The notes beneath the pieces are model-generated. The model made no database searches and was not told where the DNA came from. It worked only from the letters and a program-made list of their open reading frames with translations. Below are positions 56,091-64,000 of a stretch of 64,000 bases of DNA, piece by piece (the stretch's first letter is position 1; each line of letters begins with the position of its first letter). The position numbers and the translations under genes were made by a program. Source of the stretch: an uncultured Gammaproteobacteria bacterium (GTDB lineage Bacteria > Patescibacteriota > Microgenomatia > Levybacterales > UBA12049); NCBI GenBank assembly GCA_964553245.1, contig CAZKJM010000001.1, positions 81,806-145,805 of the forward strand, read 5' to 3'.

Positions 56091-57277
56091 CTACTTTTTC
56101 CTTTATTCTTAAAATAAAAAATGTATGCTTTTTGAAAAAAGGATATTGCTAGTATATAAAAGAAAGGAATGATTGTTAAGAAATAATTAGTTGAAGAATA
56201 ACCAGTTGATAAAGTCAAAGTATAAACAATAAGCCAAATAAACAAAAACTTTTCTGGATTATTAAGCTTTAATTTTTTCATTAAAAAGTAGACGCCATAA
56301 ATAATGGTAAAAATAACTGAAACTGGCCAAGTAATCATCCATTGAGGATCCTTAATTATTGCATTATTTCCCCACCAAGTGTGCCATCTATTAAAAAGCA
56401 ATAAATCCCAAAAAGAAAACGGAAGAATGAATTTAGACTTGTGATAAGCGAGAATATATTTTTGTATTCCAAAGATTTGAATAATTGAATACCCATCCAT
56501 AATTGTTCTTGTATATGATGCAATTAAGACAAATAATGACAAAGGTAAAGTTATCATAAAAATTCCAAGCTTTTTGCTTAATCCTCTTTTTTCAATAAGT
56601 AAGTATAAAACCATGCAAAAAGTAATTACCGTTCCAGTAACAAAAAATCTTATACTAATAACGCAGCCTAAGAAAAATGAAGTTAGGATAAACCACTTTA
56701 AATATTTTTTATCATCTGCTGCTTTTATAAAAAAATAGAAGGAAAAAAGAATAAACGGGAACTGGATCGGCTCGACCAATGGGATATATTTTAATTTATT
56801 CAAAAATATTGGCTCATTAATAAATATTCCAACTGGTATTAATGAAATTAAAGAATTATTTGTTGCTTGTTTTGTTATAAGAAATATTCCAAGTGTTGAA
56901 AATGCTAAAAGTAAAACTACTATTGTACGTGGATTATCAAATAGAAAAATTGAAAGAGAAATTATGTAATTTCCAAGCGGTGGATGGTCATGAGTTATCA
57001 TTATTGGATTAAGTCCTTTTAAAAAAGCCCCACCTGCAAACGATCTAAATGTCTCATCAGTAATTATTACTGGATTTTTCTTTTGAACAAACTGTGAAGT
57101 GTAATACAGCTTTTTATAATTCTCGTATTGACTATCAAACCCTGGAGAAAAAAGATAATCAGAACTATTTGCTATAATCTCAATTGGTTTTACTAAAATT
57201 ATTAAAAGTAAAAATATAAAAATTAATTTATATCTTTTTTTTATAAATGATTCAAATACAGAAAATGCCTTTTTCAT
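56087..57277 (-). CDS. PMT/ArnT-like GT-C glycosyltransferase (GT39/GT83-type)
   Basis: Loop motif IITDETFRSFAGGAFLKGLNPIMITHDHPPLGNYI (DE and HPPLG motifs). 396 aa with about 10 TM helices. Confidence 0.65.
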   Translation of the reverse strand: MKKAFSVFESFIKKRYKLIFIFLLLIILVKPIEIIANSSDYLFSPGFDSQYENYKKLYYTSQFVQKKNPVIITDETFRSFAGGAFLKGLNPIMITHDHPPLGNYIISLSIFLFDNPRTIVVLLLAFSTLGIFLITKQATNNSLISLIPVGIFINEPIFLNKLKYIPLVEPIQFPFILFSFYFFIKAADDKKYLKWFILTSFFLGCVISIRFFVTGTVITFCMVLYLLIEKRGLSKKLGIFMITLPLSLFVLIASYTRTIMDGYSIIQIFGIQKYILAYHKSKFILPFSFWDLLLFNRWHTWWGNNAIIKDPQWMITWPVSVIFTIIYGVYFLMKKLKLNNPEKFLFIWLIVYTLTLSTGYSSTNYFLTIIPFFYILAISFFQKAYIFYFKNKGKSR

Positions 57278-57292
57278 TATTTAAGGACAGGA

Positions 57293-58270
57293 TTATAAAT
57301 CCTGTTGTTTTTTGTGCCATTGCCATGCGGTTTTAATAATTGTTTCAAGATCTGAATATTTCGGTAAAAAACCAAGTTCTTTATTAATTCTTGACGGATC
57401 AGCAACTAAAATATCTGCATCTCCTGGTCTCCTTGCTGTAATTTCAACTTTAAAATCTGTCCCTGTTACCTTTTTAACCATCTCCACAATTTCCTTGTTT
57501 GAGTATCCTTTTCCCGTTCCAACATTATAAAAATATGAACCAGGGTTTTTTATTAGTTTCTCTATTGCTAAAACATGCGCCTCTACTAGATCTAATACAT
57601 GAATGTAGTCCCTGACACATGTTCCATCCTCGGTTTTATAATCATCACCAAATAACTTAAACGGTTTGTTCTCTAAAACTGCTCTTATTATGTTTGGAAT
57701 AATATGCGTCTCTGGTTCATGCTGCTCTCCCATGGAACCGTCAATCGCTGCTCCGGCAGCATTAAAGTACCTTAAGGCAGCAAAGCTTAATCCTTTTGTT
57801 TTTGCATACCAAGAAAGTATTTTTTCAACCATTAATTTACTTTCTCCATACGGATTTTCAGGAATTTTTTGATGATCTTCTGGAATTGGGGTTTTTACTG
57901 GGTTCCCATAAACCCCAGCTGTGGATGAAAACACAATATTTTTAACCCCATGAATAACTGCTTCATCTATTAAATTTAAAGAACCAAAGGTGTTATTTTG
58001 AAAATACATGTTGGGATTTTCCATTGACTCTCCCATGGAAATGTACCCTGCAAAGTGAATAATTGCATCATACTTCTTGCTAGAAAAAACTTCTTCTAAA
58101 AACTTTTTGTCCAAGACATTGCCTCGTATAAATTCTGCTTTACTGTCTATTACCTCCTTATGTCCTCTTTCAAGACTATCTAGGACGCTAACGCTATCGC
58201 CTTTTTCGACAAGACGTTTAACCATGAAGCTTCCTATGTATCCTGCTCCCCCAGTTACTAAAATATTCAT
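57293..58270 (-). CDS. galE: UDP-glucose 4-epimerase
   Basis: MNILVTGGAGYIGSFMVKRL...FSSTAGVYG...YGESKLMVEKIL is collinear with GalE. 325 aa. Confidence 0.85.
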   Translation of the reverse strand: MNILVTGGAGYIGSFMVKRLVEKGDSVSVLDSLERGHKEVIDSKAEFIRGNVLDKKFLEEVFSSKKYDAIIHFAGYISMGESMENPNMYFQNNTFGSLNLIDEAVIHGVKNIVFSSTAGVYGNPVKTPIPEDHQKIPENPYGESKLMVEKILSWYAKTKGLSFAALRYFNAAGAAIDGSMGEQHEPETHIIPNIIRAVLENKPFKLFGDDYKTEDGTCVRDYIHVLDLVEAHVLAIEKLIKNPGSYFYNVGTGKGYSNKEIVEMVKKVTGTDFKVEITARRPGDADILVADPSRINKELGFLPKYSDLETIIKTAWQWHKKQQDL

Positions 58271-58274
58271 AAAA

Positions 58275-60572
58275 CTATTTACCTATCTTTTCCATTATAT
58301 AATTTTTTAAGGAAAAATTGGACCTTAATTCATGTTTTTTTGACCAACCTATTAACTCATCATACACATCTGCCTTATTAACTCCAATCCAAAGCTTTTC
58401 ATTTTTATCAATTTTTATTCCTCTTAAGTCATATATTGGAACATCATATATTGATGTAACCACTGGATAATCAAATCTTGAACAGCCAGTCCACCAGCAA
58501 CCTATCCCAAGAGGAATACCATCTTCATCAGTTAAGTTTCTATTATCCATTAAGATACTAATTGCCATACTTGAGCCATAAACAAGGTATTTGTAATCAT
58601 AAAGCTTAAATTTTGAATCAGGGAACTTTTTTACAATCTGATCAATTTTACTGTTTATAATTTCAACTGGACTTTTATTAACAATTGAGTTTTTAATAGT
58701 AATAAAGTTGCATCCAATAATTATTATTAATAGTATTATTGCTGTGTATTTAAACAAAACCTGTTTTATCTTCTTAAAACTAAAATCATAGATTGAATCA
58801 ATAGACCAAGCAGTAAAAATTAATATAAAAGGTAAAAAATACAGGAGGTATCCTTCTGATCTTTCCCCTTTATAAAACCTTCCAACAATAAAGAATATAA
58901 ATAAAATAATTCCCAAAGTAAATAACGGTTTTGAGATTTTATTTATTATACTTTTATAAATAAATATTAATCCTGCAAGAATAATAACCACTGAAGACAA
59001 AAACTTATATCTCCCAACTACAAAAGACCAATAATCCGGGAAGTAATGCGTTAAGTATAGCGTCCAGCTATTTGGAACATAAAGTCTATATTGTCCTATT
59101 AAAAAATAATCCATTAAATTATTTAAATTAGCGAAGTTTTGAAAATAATCCCAATAAAAAAGTGGAAATGACGGAATTAAAAAGCCTAAAACCATTAAAA
59201 AGAAGCTTAAGATTCTTTTTTTAAAATTAAGACTAGGCACAATAAGTATTGCAGGGAAAAATATTAGCAAGTTTAATGCTTGGTAATGCATGCTTAATGC
59301 AATACCTAAAGCAATTCCCATTAAGAACGCGAAAAAAGGTCTTTTTCTTTTCCAAAGTAAAATAAAAAATAATATTAACAATGCTGAAAAAGTAGAAATA
59401 TAAGTATGAGGCGTAAGCATTATCGACCTAATAACTAATTGAGGGGATGTAGCGGCCAATACCCCAAGAATTATAGCTAGTTTTTTGCCGCTAATTAGTT
59501 GCCCCAAATAGATGAAAACTCCTATTGTTAATACTCCGACTATCCCCGTAAAAAAGAAGGGAGCGCTAATTAAGAAAGGAAATAGTACATAAGAAAGCAT
59601 TATAAAGTAATAAAATACAGGACCAAATACAAAAGGACCCGCAGAACTAAATGGACCAACTAAGGGCAATTCCATTCTTCTTAACGCTTCAAGACCAATT
59701 ATCGCATCTCTTGCATTATCTCCTCCTAGTCCCCACCGATTTGGATAATTATAAAATCTTAAGACTATAGAAATTAGTAATATTGTAAATACTAAAACTT
59801 TATACCAGCCTAAATATTTAAGATATGATGCCGGAAATCTAAGAGCAGAAAACAAAGAGAAAACAAACCCTGCCCAAAGATCCATAAATCCCTTGTGGCG
59901 AATAAAGGTAAGCAAAAACCAATAGAAAGGCTTAATTAAAAGGTAGTCAAACCCAGAAATTATTTTTGAAAAGATATTTTTTTTAGATTCTTTTTGTTCT
60001 ATTTCTTTGGCAAATAACTTGTTATAAGTATTCCATTTACTCAAATAATGCTTAAAGTTTTTATATGGGTAATGCAAAAGTGCTCCTTTAAAATACCCAA
60101 CTTTTCCGCTAACTTCTGCTTGCTCATGAACATCTTTTTGAGGAAGTTTTCCTCTGCCACGTTTATAAAATCTTAAGGTGTAATCCGGATATTGTCCGCC
60201 TTTCATTAAAAATCTATGAATAAACCAATTTTTTCTCGGCATCCAATAGCCGGTAAATTCTTTTTTATCGCTTGTTAAAACGTCCACTATTTCCTCTTTT
60301 AGCTCTTTTGATAAATGCTCATCTGCATCCATTTGAAGTATCCAATCCTTAGTTGCCATATCAATTGCCATTTGTTTATTAATGTGAAAATTTGGTTTAT
60401 TGGTGGTTATCTTTATTTTCGCTTTATATTTTTTTGCTATTTCAACAGTCTTATCAGTCGATGAACCATCAACAATAATTATTTCATCAGCAATATCTTT
60501 TAAACTATTAAGACAAGCTGATAAATTTTTTTCTTCGTTATAAGTTGCTAATACAACAGATAATGTCTTCAT
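58275..60572 (-). CDS. fusion protein: N-terminal GT2 (polyprenyl-phosphate sugar synthase-like) domain plus C-terminal GT-C-like polytopic membrane domain
   Basis: Residues 1 to about 230 carry LSVVLATYNEEKNLSACLNSL...IIIVDGSSTDKT...QMDADE (GT2). The remaining roughly 530 aa have about 12 TM helices, with first loop GGDNARDAIIGLEALRRMELPLVGPFSSAGPFVFGPVFYY, which is similar to the loops of 60569..62203, 62270..63787 and the C-half of 13587..16769. Confidence 0.65.
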   Translation of the reverse strand: MKTLSVVLATYNEEKNLSACLNSLKDIADEIIIVDGSSTDKTVEIAKKYKAKIKITTNKPNFHINKQMAIDMATKDWILQMDADEHLSKELKEEIVDVLTSDKKEFTGYWMPRKNWFIHRFLMKGGQYPDYTLRFYKRGRGKLPQKDVHEQAEVSGKVGYFKGALLHYPYKNFKHYLSKWNTYNKLFAKEIEQKESKKNIFSKIISGFDYLLIKPFYWFLLTFIRHKGFMDLWAGFVFSLFSALRFPASYLKYLGWYKVLVFTILLISIVLRFYNYPNRWGLGGDNARDAIIGLEALRRMELPLVGPFSSAGPFVFGPVFYYFIMLSYVLFPFLISAPFFFTGIVGVLTIGVFIYLGQLISGKKLAIILGVLAATSPQLVIRSIMLTPHTYISTFSALLILFFILLWKRKRPFFAFLMGIALGIALSMHYQALNLLIFFPAILIVPSLNFKKRILSFFLMVLGFLIPSFPLFYWDYFQNFANLNNLMDYFLIGQYRLYVPNSWTLYLTHYFPDYWSFVVGRYKFLSSVVIILAGLIFIYKSIINKISKPLFTLGIILFIFFIVGRFYKGERSEGYLLYFLPFILIFTAWSIDSIYDFSFKKIKQVLFKYTAIILLIIIIGCNFITIKNSIVNKSPVEIINSKIDQIVKKFPDSKFKLYDYKYLVYGSSMAISILMDNRNLTDEDGIPLGIGCWWTGCSRFDYPVVTSIYDVPIYDLRGIKIDKNEKLWIGVNKADVYDELIGWSKKHELRSNFSLKNYIMEKIGK

Positions 60573-62203
60573 CTTTTTATAATTTTATAACTAATAAGAG
60601 AAACAATAAATAATAAACTTATTAAAGAGATTATATCTGAATATGTTCTAACTTTTGTATTTTCAAACACAGCTTCAATTTTATGATTTCTTCCAGTTAC
60701 ATAAAAAGTCATTAGGCCTCTATATTTTGGATCCTGAAACTGAGTTGGTTCTTTTTTGCCGTCAACATAGATTGTCCAATTTGGAAAATATAAAGTATTT
60801 ACTAAAAGTCTTGCGCTATTTATCCCCTCAAATTCATATACTCTATAATTTGTTTTATGAATAACTTCTTTTACTTCTCCCCTTCCTTCAATAACTTGTA
60901 TCGGGGTTGCTGGTTTTTTTTCCATAAACCTAACAGACCAAATTGGTGAACTTTCCCCAGTATCAGTAGTGCTTTCAAAAACTCCAGTATAAAAAGATTC
61001 AGGTTTTATTAAATAACCCTTAGGCTTCATATAGCTTATGCTTAAAAGAAATAATACCGCTATAAGACCAAAAATTACTTTTTTTCTTACTCTTTCTTTT
61101 AAGATAGATACTGTTAATGCTCCAAGAAGTGACATTGAAAAAACAGGAATCGCTAAAAGCCTCCAAGGAAATTGAAAATTTTGCAAAATCATTATTTTTT
61201 CCCATATAAAATTAGACTCAATAAGCATTAAAAATATTCCGACAATGGTGTATATTATTCCAGCTAAAACGAGCCAAAAATTGTTTTTTTTCTTTAGCTT
61301 AAAGTAAAAAAGAGCAATAAATGAAACCAAAAATGATATCCAATGGATTGGACCAAGCTGTACTGTAAATTCACCTGATTGACCATAATTCCAAGGTCCA
61401 TAAATTAATGAATTAAAATCAACAAATCTTCTAATGTATGTCCCTGAAGTTAAAATATTTCTTAATGTATATTTACCTTCAAGCAATGCTGGCAACCAGA
61501 AAAATGCTGATAATAAAAATCCAAGCATAATTGAAGTAAGCGAATAAATTAAATATGATTTTTTAAATTTTAATCTAGACCATAAAAATACTGTATAAAA
61601 AAATAAAAAAGGTAAGAAAATAAGACTTAATGCGTTATGAGCTAAAATTAAAAAAGCCAAAGAAATCGACAGAAGCGAAAAATTAAAAACATTTTGTTTT
61701 TTATACAATTTATATAAAAACAAAAGAATTAATGGTAAAAAGATAAATGCAAAATTTTCTCCAATTGCACCTCTTACGTAAAGGTCAACAAATCTATAGG
61801 GTGCATACACATAAAGAACTCCTCCAAAAATTGCTTCTTCCCTTCTTAGAAACTGAGATAACCATAGATACATAAAATACCCAGATAAAGCGAAACCTAA
61901 AGCAAATACGAGTTTCGTTGAATCTATAAAATTAAATCCTATTAAATGAAAAAGCGAAGCGGTGTACGAAGGTAATGGATATAAAAACATTGGAATTGGA
62001 TGACCATATCCCCAATTAAGATTTCCCGCCCAACGAGGAATAATAATCCCCTCGGATAAACTCTGGTAAAAATTAGCAATTCTTGCAACATGATCTCTAC
62101 CATCATGAGTAAAAGGAAGTCCTTGATTTAATAGTGATATAAGCGGGACTATTAAAACTAAAATAAATACTAAATTTAATATCCAATTTTTAAATCTCTT
62201 CAC
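60569..62203 (-). CDS. GT-C-like polytopic membrane protein with C-terminal soluble domain
   Basis: 544 aa. First loop LPFTHDGRDHVARIANFYQSLSEGIIIPRWAGNLNWGYGHPIPMFLYPL is a paralog pattern shared with the neighbouring genes. The start overlaps the stop of the fusion gene by 4 nt. Confidence 0.5.
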   Translation of the reverse strand: MKRFKNWILNLVFILVLIVPLISLLNQGLPFTHDGRDHVARIANFYQSLSEGIIIPRWAGNLNWGYGHPIPMFLYPLPSYTASLFHLIGFNFIDSTKLVFALGFALSGYFMYLWLSQFLRREEAIFGGVLYVYAPYRFVDLYVRGAIGENFAFIFLPLILLFLYKLYKKQNVFNFSLLSISLAFLILAHNALSLIFLPFLFFYTVFLWSRLKFKKSYLIYSLTSIMLGFLLSAFFWLPALLEGKYTLRNILTSGTYIRRFVDFNSLIYGPWNYGQSGEFTVQLGPIHWISFLVSFIALFYFKLKKKNNFWLVLAGIIYTIVGIFLMLIESNFIWEKIMILQNFQFPWRLLAIPVFSMSLLGALTVSILKERVRKKVIFGLIAVLFLLSISYMKPKGYLIKPESFYTGVFESTTDTGESSPIWSVRFMEKKPATPIQVIEGRGEVKEVIHKTNYRVYEFEGINSARLLVNTLYFPNWTIYVDGKKEPTQFQDPKYRGLMTFYVTGRNHKIEAVFENTKVRTYSDIISLISLLFIVSLISYKIIKR

Positions 62204-62253
62204 TTGAATAAATCCTTAAGCTAATCTTAACATATTTAAAGCTGGTTTTTAAA

Positions 62254-62262
62254 TGATATAAT
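62254..62262 (+). promoter_or_regulatory. perfect extended -10 element TGATATAAT upstream of 62270..63787
   Basis: Read directly. It ends 7 nt before the GTG start at 62270, so the transcript would be leaderless or nearly so. The divergent 66-bp intergenic region is shared with 60569..62203. Confidence 0.45.
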
Positions 62263-62269
62263 CAAAAAG

Positions 62270-63787
62270 GTGTTTAAAAAAATTACTAAAAAGCTTTGGT
62301 TACTTGCAATTATTATCCCTTCTGTCTTTTATTTCTGGTATGTTTTTAATGGAGAAGCAATTCTTTCTTCAGATATAGCCAGAGACTTCTTGCTTTATTC
62401 AGAGATTACGCAGAAAAAAATTATCTTAATTGGACCAAAATCTAGCGTTATGGGAATCTTTCATGGTCCTTTATGGTTATATCTAAATTATCCAGCGTAC
62501 GCATTGGGTGGAGGAAATCCAGTTGTTATTGAAGCATTCTGGATATTCCTTACTTTTCTTTTTATATATTCATGTTATTTTGTTGGAAAAAATCTTTTTG
62601 ATAAAAATACAGGTTATTTATTCTCGGCAATGGTAGCGCTATATATGTTTTTTCATATAAATCAATTTTACAATCCTATGGGGGCAATGTTTTTAATACC
62701 AATAAATTTTTATTTTTTTATAAAATACCTACAGACTTATAAGAAAAAATTTATCATTGCATACTTTTTGCTTTTAGGACTTATTATCCAATTTGAACTT
62801 GCGATTGGAATTCCGTTTCTAATCCTTTCTATTCTTTATTTATTCATAAAGCTAATAAGATCAAAATATAGAAAACACCTTTTAGCAATTTTTCTAGTAA
62901 TGATTCCTCTATTAAACTATGTTGTTTTTGATATAAGGCACGAGTTTCTTTTAACAAACTCTATTCTTCGTTATCTTTCCCCTGAGAGCGGAGATTCAAT
63001 TAAATACAACTATCTATATATGCTTTATGACCGCCTTAAGTTAATGATTACAAATGTAGAAATACTAAGATCTGACCCAGGAAATAGAAATTTATTAACG
63101 GGACTTATTTTTATTTTCTTTTTAGTTTTGCAATTTAGAAATAAAAAATATAAACAAATTTACTTTCTGTTTTTGTACTTTTATGTCGGTTTTTATGCTT
63201 TAACATTTATAAATAAAGGGCCAGTTTTATATTTTTATATGTTCCCGCTTTTTCCTTTTGTGTTCTTAATTTTTTCATCTTTTATCACATCTAAATATAA
63301 AAGGGTGTTTTTAGCTATTTTTATTATCGTTTACTGCATAAATCTAACTACCTTATTTAAGGATATTAAGATTTTTACAAATACATACTTAGGCAAATCT
63401 GAAACTTCGTGGAAATTTTTATCCACAATGGCAAATAGTCTCTATCAGGGGCCTGAGGAAGGATTTGGGTATTTTGTCTATACTCCTGACATCATTGCGT
63501 ATGGACCAAAATATGCATTATTTTACGAAGAAAAAAGGCATAAAAACAAAAAACCAGTATACTTTGAAAAGAAAAAAATAACCTATATCGTAGTTGCGCC
63601 TCCCGCCAAGGATAATCCGTATCTTTCTTATGAATGGTGGAAAGAACAAAGATTAAATATAAAAAAAGACCCCATAAAAACAATAACTTTTTCAAATGGA
63701 TACAGGATTGAAAAATATGAATTGAATAACCGAGAAGTAAGTGAATCTTTTGATAAAGGAATAGATCCTGGACTTTCTTTTAGATAA
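62270..63787 (+). CDS. GT-C-like polytopic membrane protein (paralog of the domain in 58275..60572)
   Basis: 505 aa, GTG start, about 12 TM helices. First loop SSDIARDFLLYSEI...GIFHGPLWLYL. Confidence 0.5.
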   Translation: MFKKITKKLWLLAIIIPSVFYFWYVFNGEAILSSDIARDFLLYSEITQKKIILIGPKSSVMGIFHGPLWLYLNYPAYALGGGNPVVIEAFWIFLTFLFIYSCYFVGKNLFDKNTGYLFSAMVALYMFFHINQFYNPMGAMFLIPINFYFFIKYLQTYKKKFIIAYFLLLGLIIQFELAIGIPFLILSILYLFIKLIRSKYRKHLLAIFLVMIPLLNYVVFDIRHEFLLTNSILRYLSPESGDSIKYNYLYMLYDRLKLMITNVEILRSDPGNRNLLTGLIFIFFLVLQFRNKKYKQIYFLFLYFYVGFYALTFINKGPVLYFYMFPLFPFVFLIFSSFITSKYKRVFLAIFIIVYCINLTTLFKDIKIFTNTYLGKSETSWKFLSTMANSLYQGPEEGFGYFVYTPDIIAYGPKYALFYEEKRHKNKKPVYFEKKKITYIVVAPPAKDNPYLSYEWWKEQRLNIKKDPIKTITFSNGYRIEKYELNNREVSESFDKGIDPGLSFR

Positions 63788-63830
63788 AATAATAAAATTA
63801 TAGATTTTTTTGCGATACTTTTAAAATTAT

Positions 63831-64000
63831 TTATTTCTTTAAAAATGCCAAGAGTAAAAGACCAATAAAGCCAAGACAACTTATAAAAACGGCTAAGTAA
63901 AAATATGAGGGAAGATAATTAAATTCAATTGTTGATTCACCTTTTGGAACAATGATTGCCCTAAAATTATAATTAGCTTTATAAATTTTAACATCTTTTC
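63831..64000 (-). CDS. partial gene (C-terminal 56 aa; continues past window end): C-terminal soluble domain plus terminal TM anchor, like the C-termini of 22112..24154 and 24471..27893
   Basis: Reverse-complement frame gives ...KDVKIYKANYNFRAIIVPKGESTIEFNYLPSYFYLAVFISCLGFIGLLLLAFLKK* with a TAA stop at 63833-63831. It is not the 63628..63879 ORF in the supplied track. Confidence 0.4.
   Translation of the reverse strand, partial: KDVKIYKANYNFRAIIVPKGESTIEFNYLPSYFYLAVFISCLGFIGLLLLAFLKK

Noticed and set aside
63628-63879. 83-aa minus-strand ORF and 67-aa ORF (63492..63695) from the supplied track
   Set aside because: They overlap the 3' end of the supported plus-strand gene 62270..63787 in antisense. 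The real downstream gene appears to be the partial minus-strand ORF ending at 63831, in a different frame.
1-64000. Short antisense ORFs of 60-170 aa listed in the track (for example 4427..4759, 13729..14088, 17256..17561, 38579..39079, 39608..39856, 52795..52986)
   Set aside because: All are embedded in or opposite to long, motif-supported genes. Their translations are low-complexity and lack signal peptides or motifs. They are typical chance ORFs in roughly 30% GC DNA.
1-64000. Search for CRISPR arrays, tRNA/rRNA genes, transposases, integrases and restriction-modification or toxin-antitoxin pairs
   Set aside because: None seen. Intergenic space is minimal, with the largest gaps being about 165 bp at 1461-1625 and about 66 bp elsewhere. 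No regularly spaced direct repeats with unique spacers were found, no cloverleaf-like GC-rich segments, and no DDE/tyrosine-recombinase-like ORFs. The locus does not look like a mobile island despite its accessory content.
1-64000. Numerous A(8)/T(8) homopolymer tracts throughout coding regions (for example 12055-12063, 37392-37400, 37927-37935, 55452-55459)
   Set aside because: These were considered as phase-variation sites, but tracts of 8-9 are expected at high frequency in a genome this AT-rich. Only the heptamer repeat at 22953-22987 and the 5'-clustered tracts in 32872..34017 stand out.

Overview
Very AT-rich, gene-dense bacterial window. The compact genes, leaderless-type starts and a truncated RecO suggest a CPR/Patescibacteria-like or other low-GC organism, but that is inference only. 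The left end is the start of the division/cell-wall (dcw) cluster: a partial ftsL-like gene, rsmH, and mraZ with a three-repeat MraZ operator. Next come glyQS, a short recO and a DUF4012-like exported protein. From about 6.1 kb to the window end (about 58 kb) there is one continuous surface-glycan biosynthesis super-locus, mostly on the minus strand, with many 4-nt start/stop overlaps that indicate long operons. Its parts are:
- A polyprenyl-phosphate hexose-1-phosphate initiating transferase and a Wzx-type flippase.
- At least 7 GT4 and 6 GT2 glycosyltransferases, plus four polyprenyl-phosphate sugar synthase-like GT2s, one of them fused to a membrane domain.
- An extraordinary set of 11-12 large polytopic GT-C-like membrane proteins. 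Some are PMT/ArnT-like with DE and HPPLG motifs, one carries a Wzy_C/O-antigen-ligase-like signature fused to a GT-C-like domain, and one is an 1140-aa AftD-like giant.
- Three nucleotide-sugar sub-pathways. First, a nonulosonic-acid module: PseB-like dehydratase, NeuC, NeuB and a NeuD-like/FkbM methyltransferase fusion. Second, a CDP-3,6-dideoxyhexose module: RfbF, an RfbG-like dehydratase, and an E1/ColD-like PMP 3-dehydrase showing the diagnostic Lys-to-His substitution, with no E3. Third, a TPP-dependent acetolactate-synthase-like enzyme with a split transketolase, suggesting a branched or chain-extended sugar. The locus also includes GalE and ManC.
No rRNA, tRNA, CRISPR or transposase is evident. 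Items worth a second look are a perfect (AATTTTG)x4 heptamer repeat inside a GT-C gene, which is a frameshifting phase-variation candidate; an orphan GT4 N-domain-only ORF; and a compositionally distinct cytoplasmic unknown protein on the opposite strand at the main strand switch.
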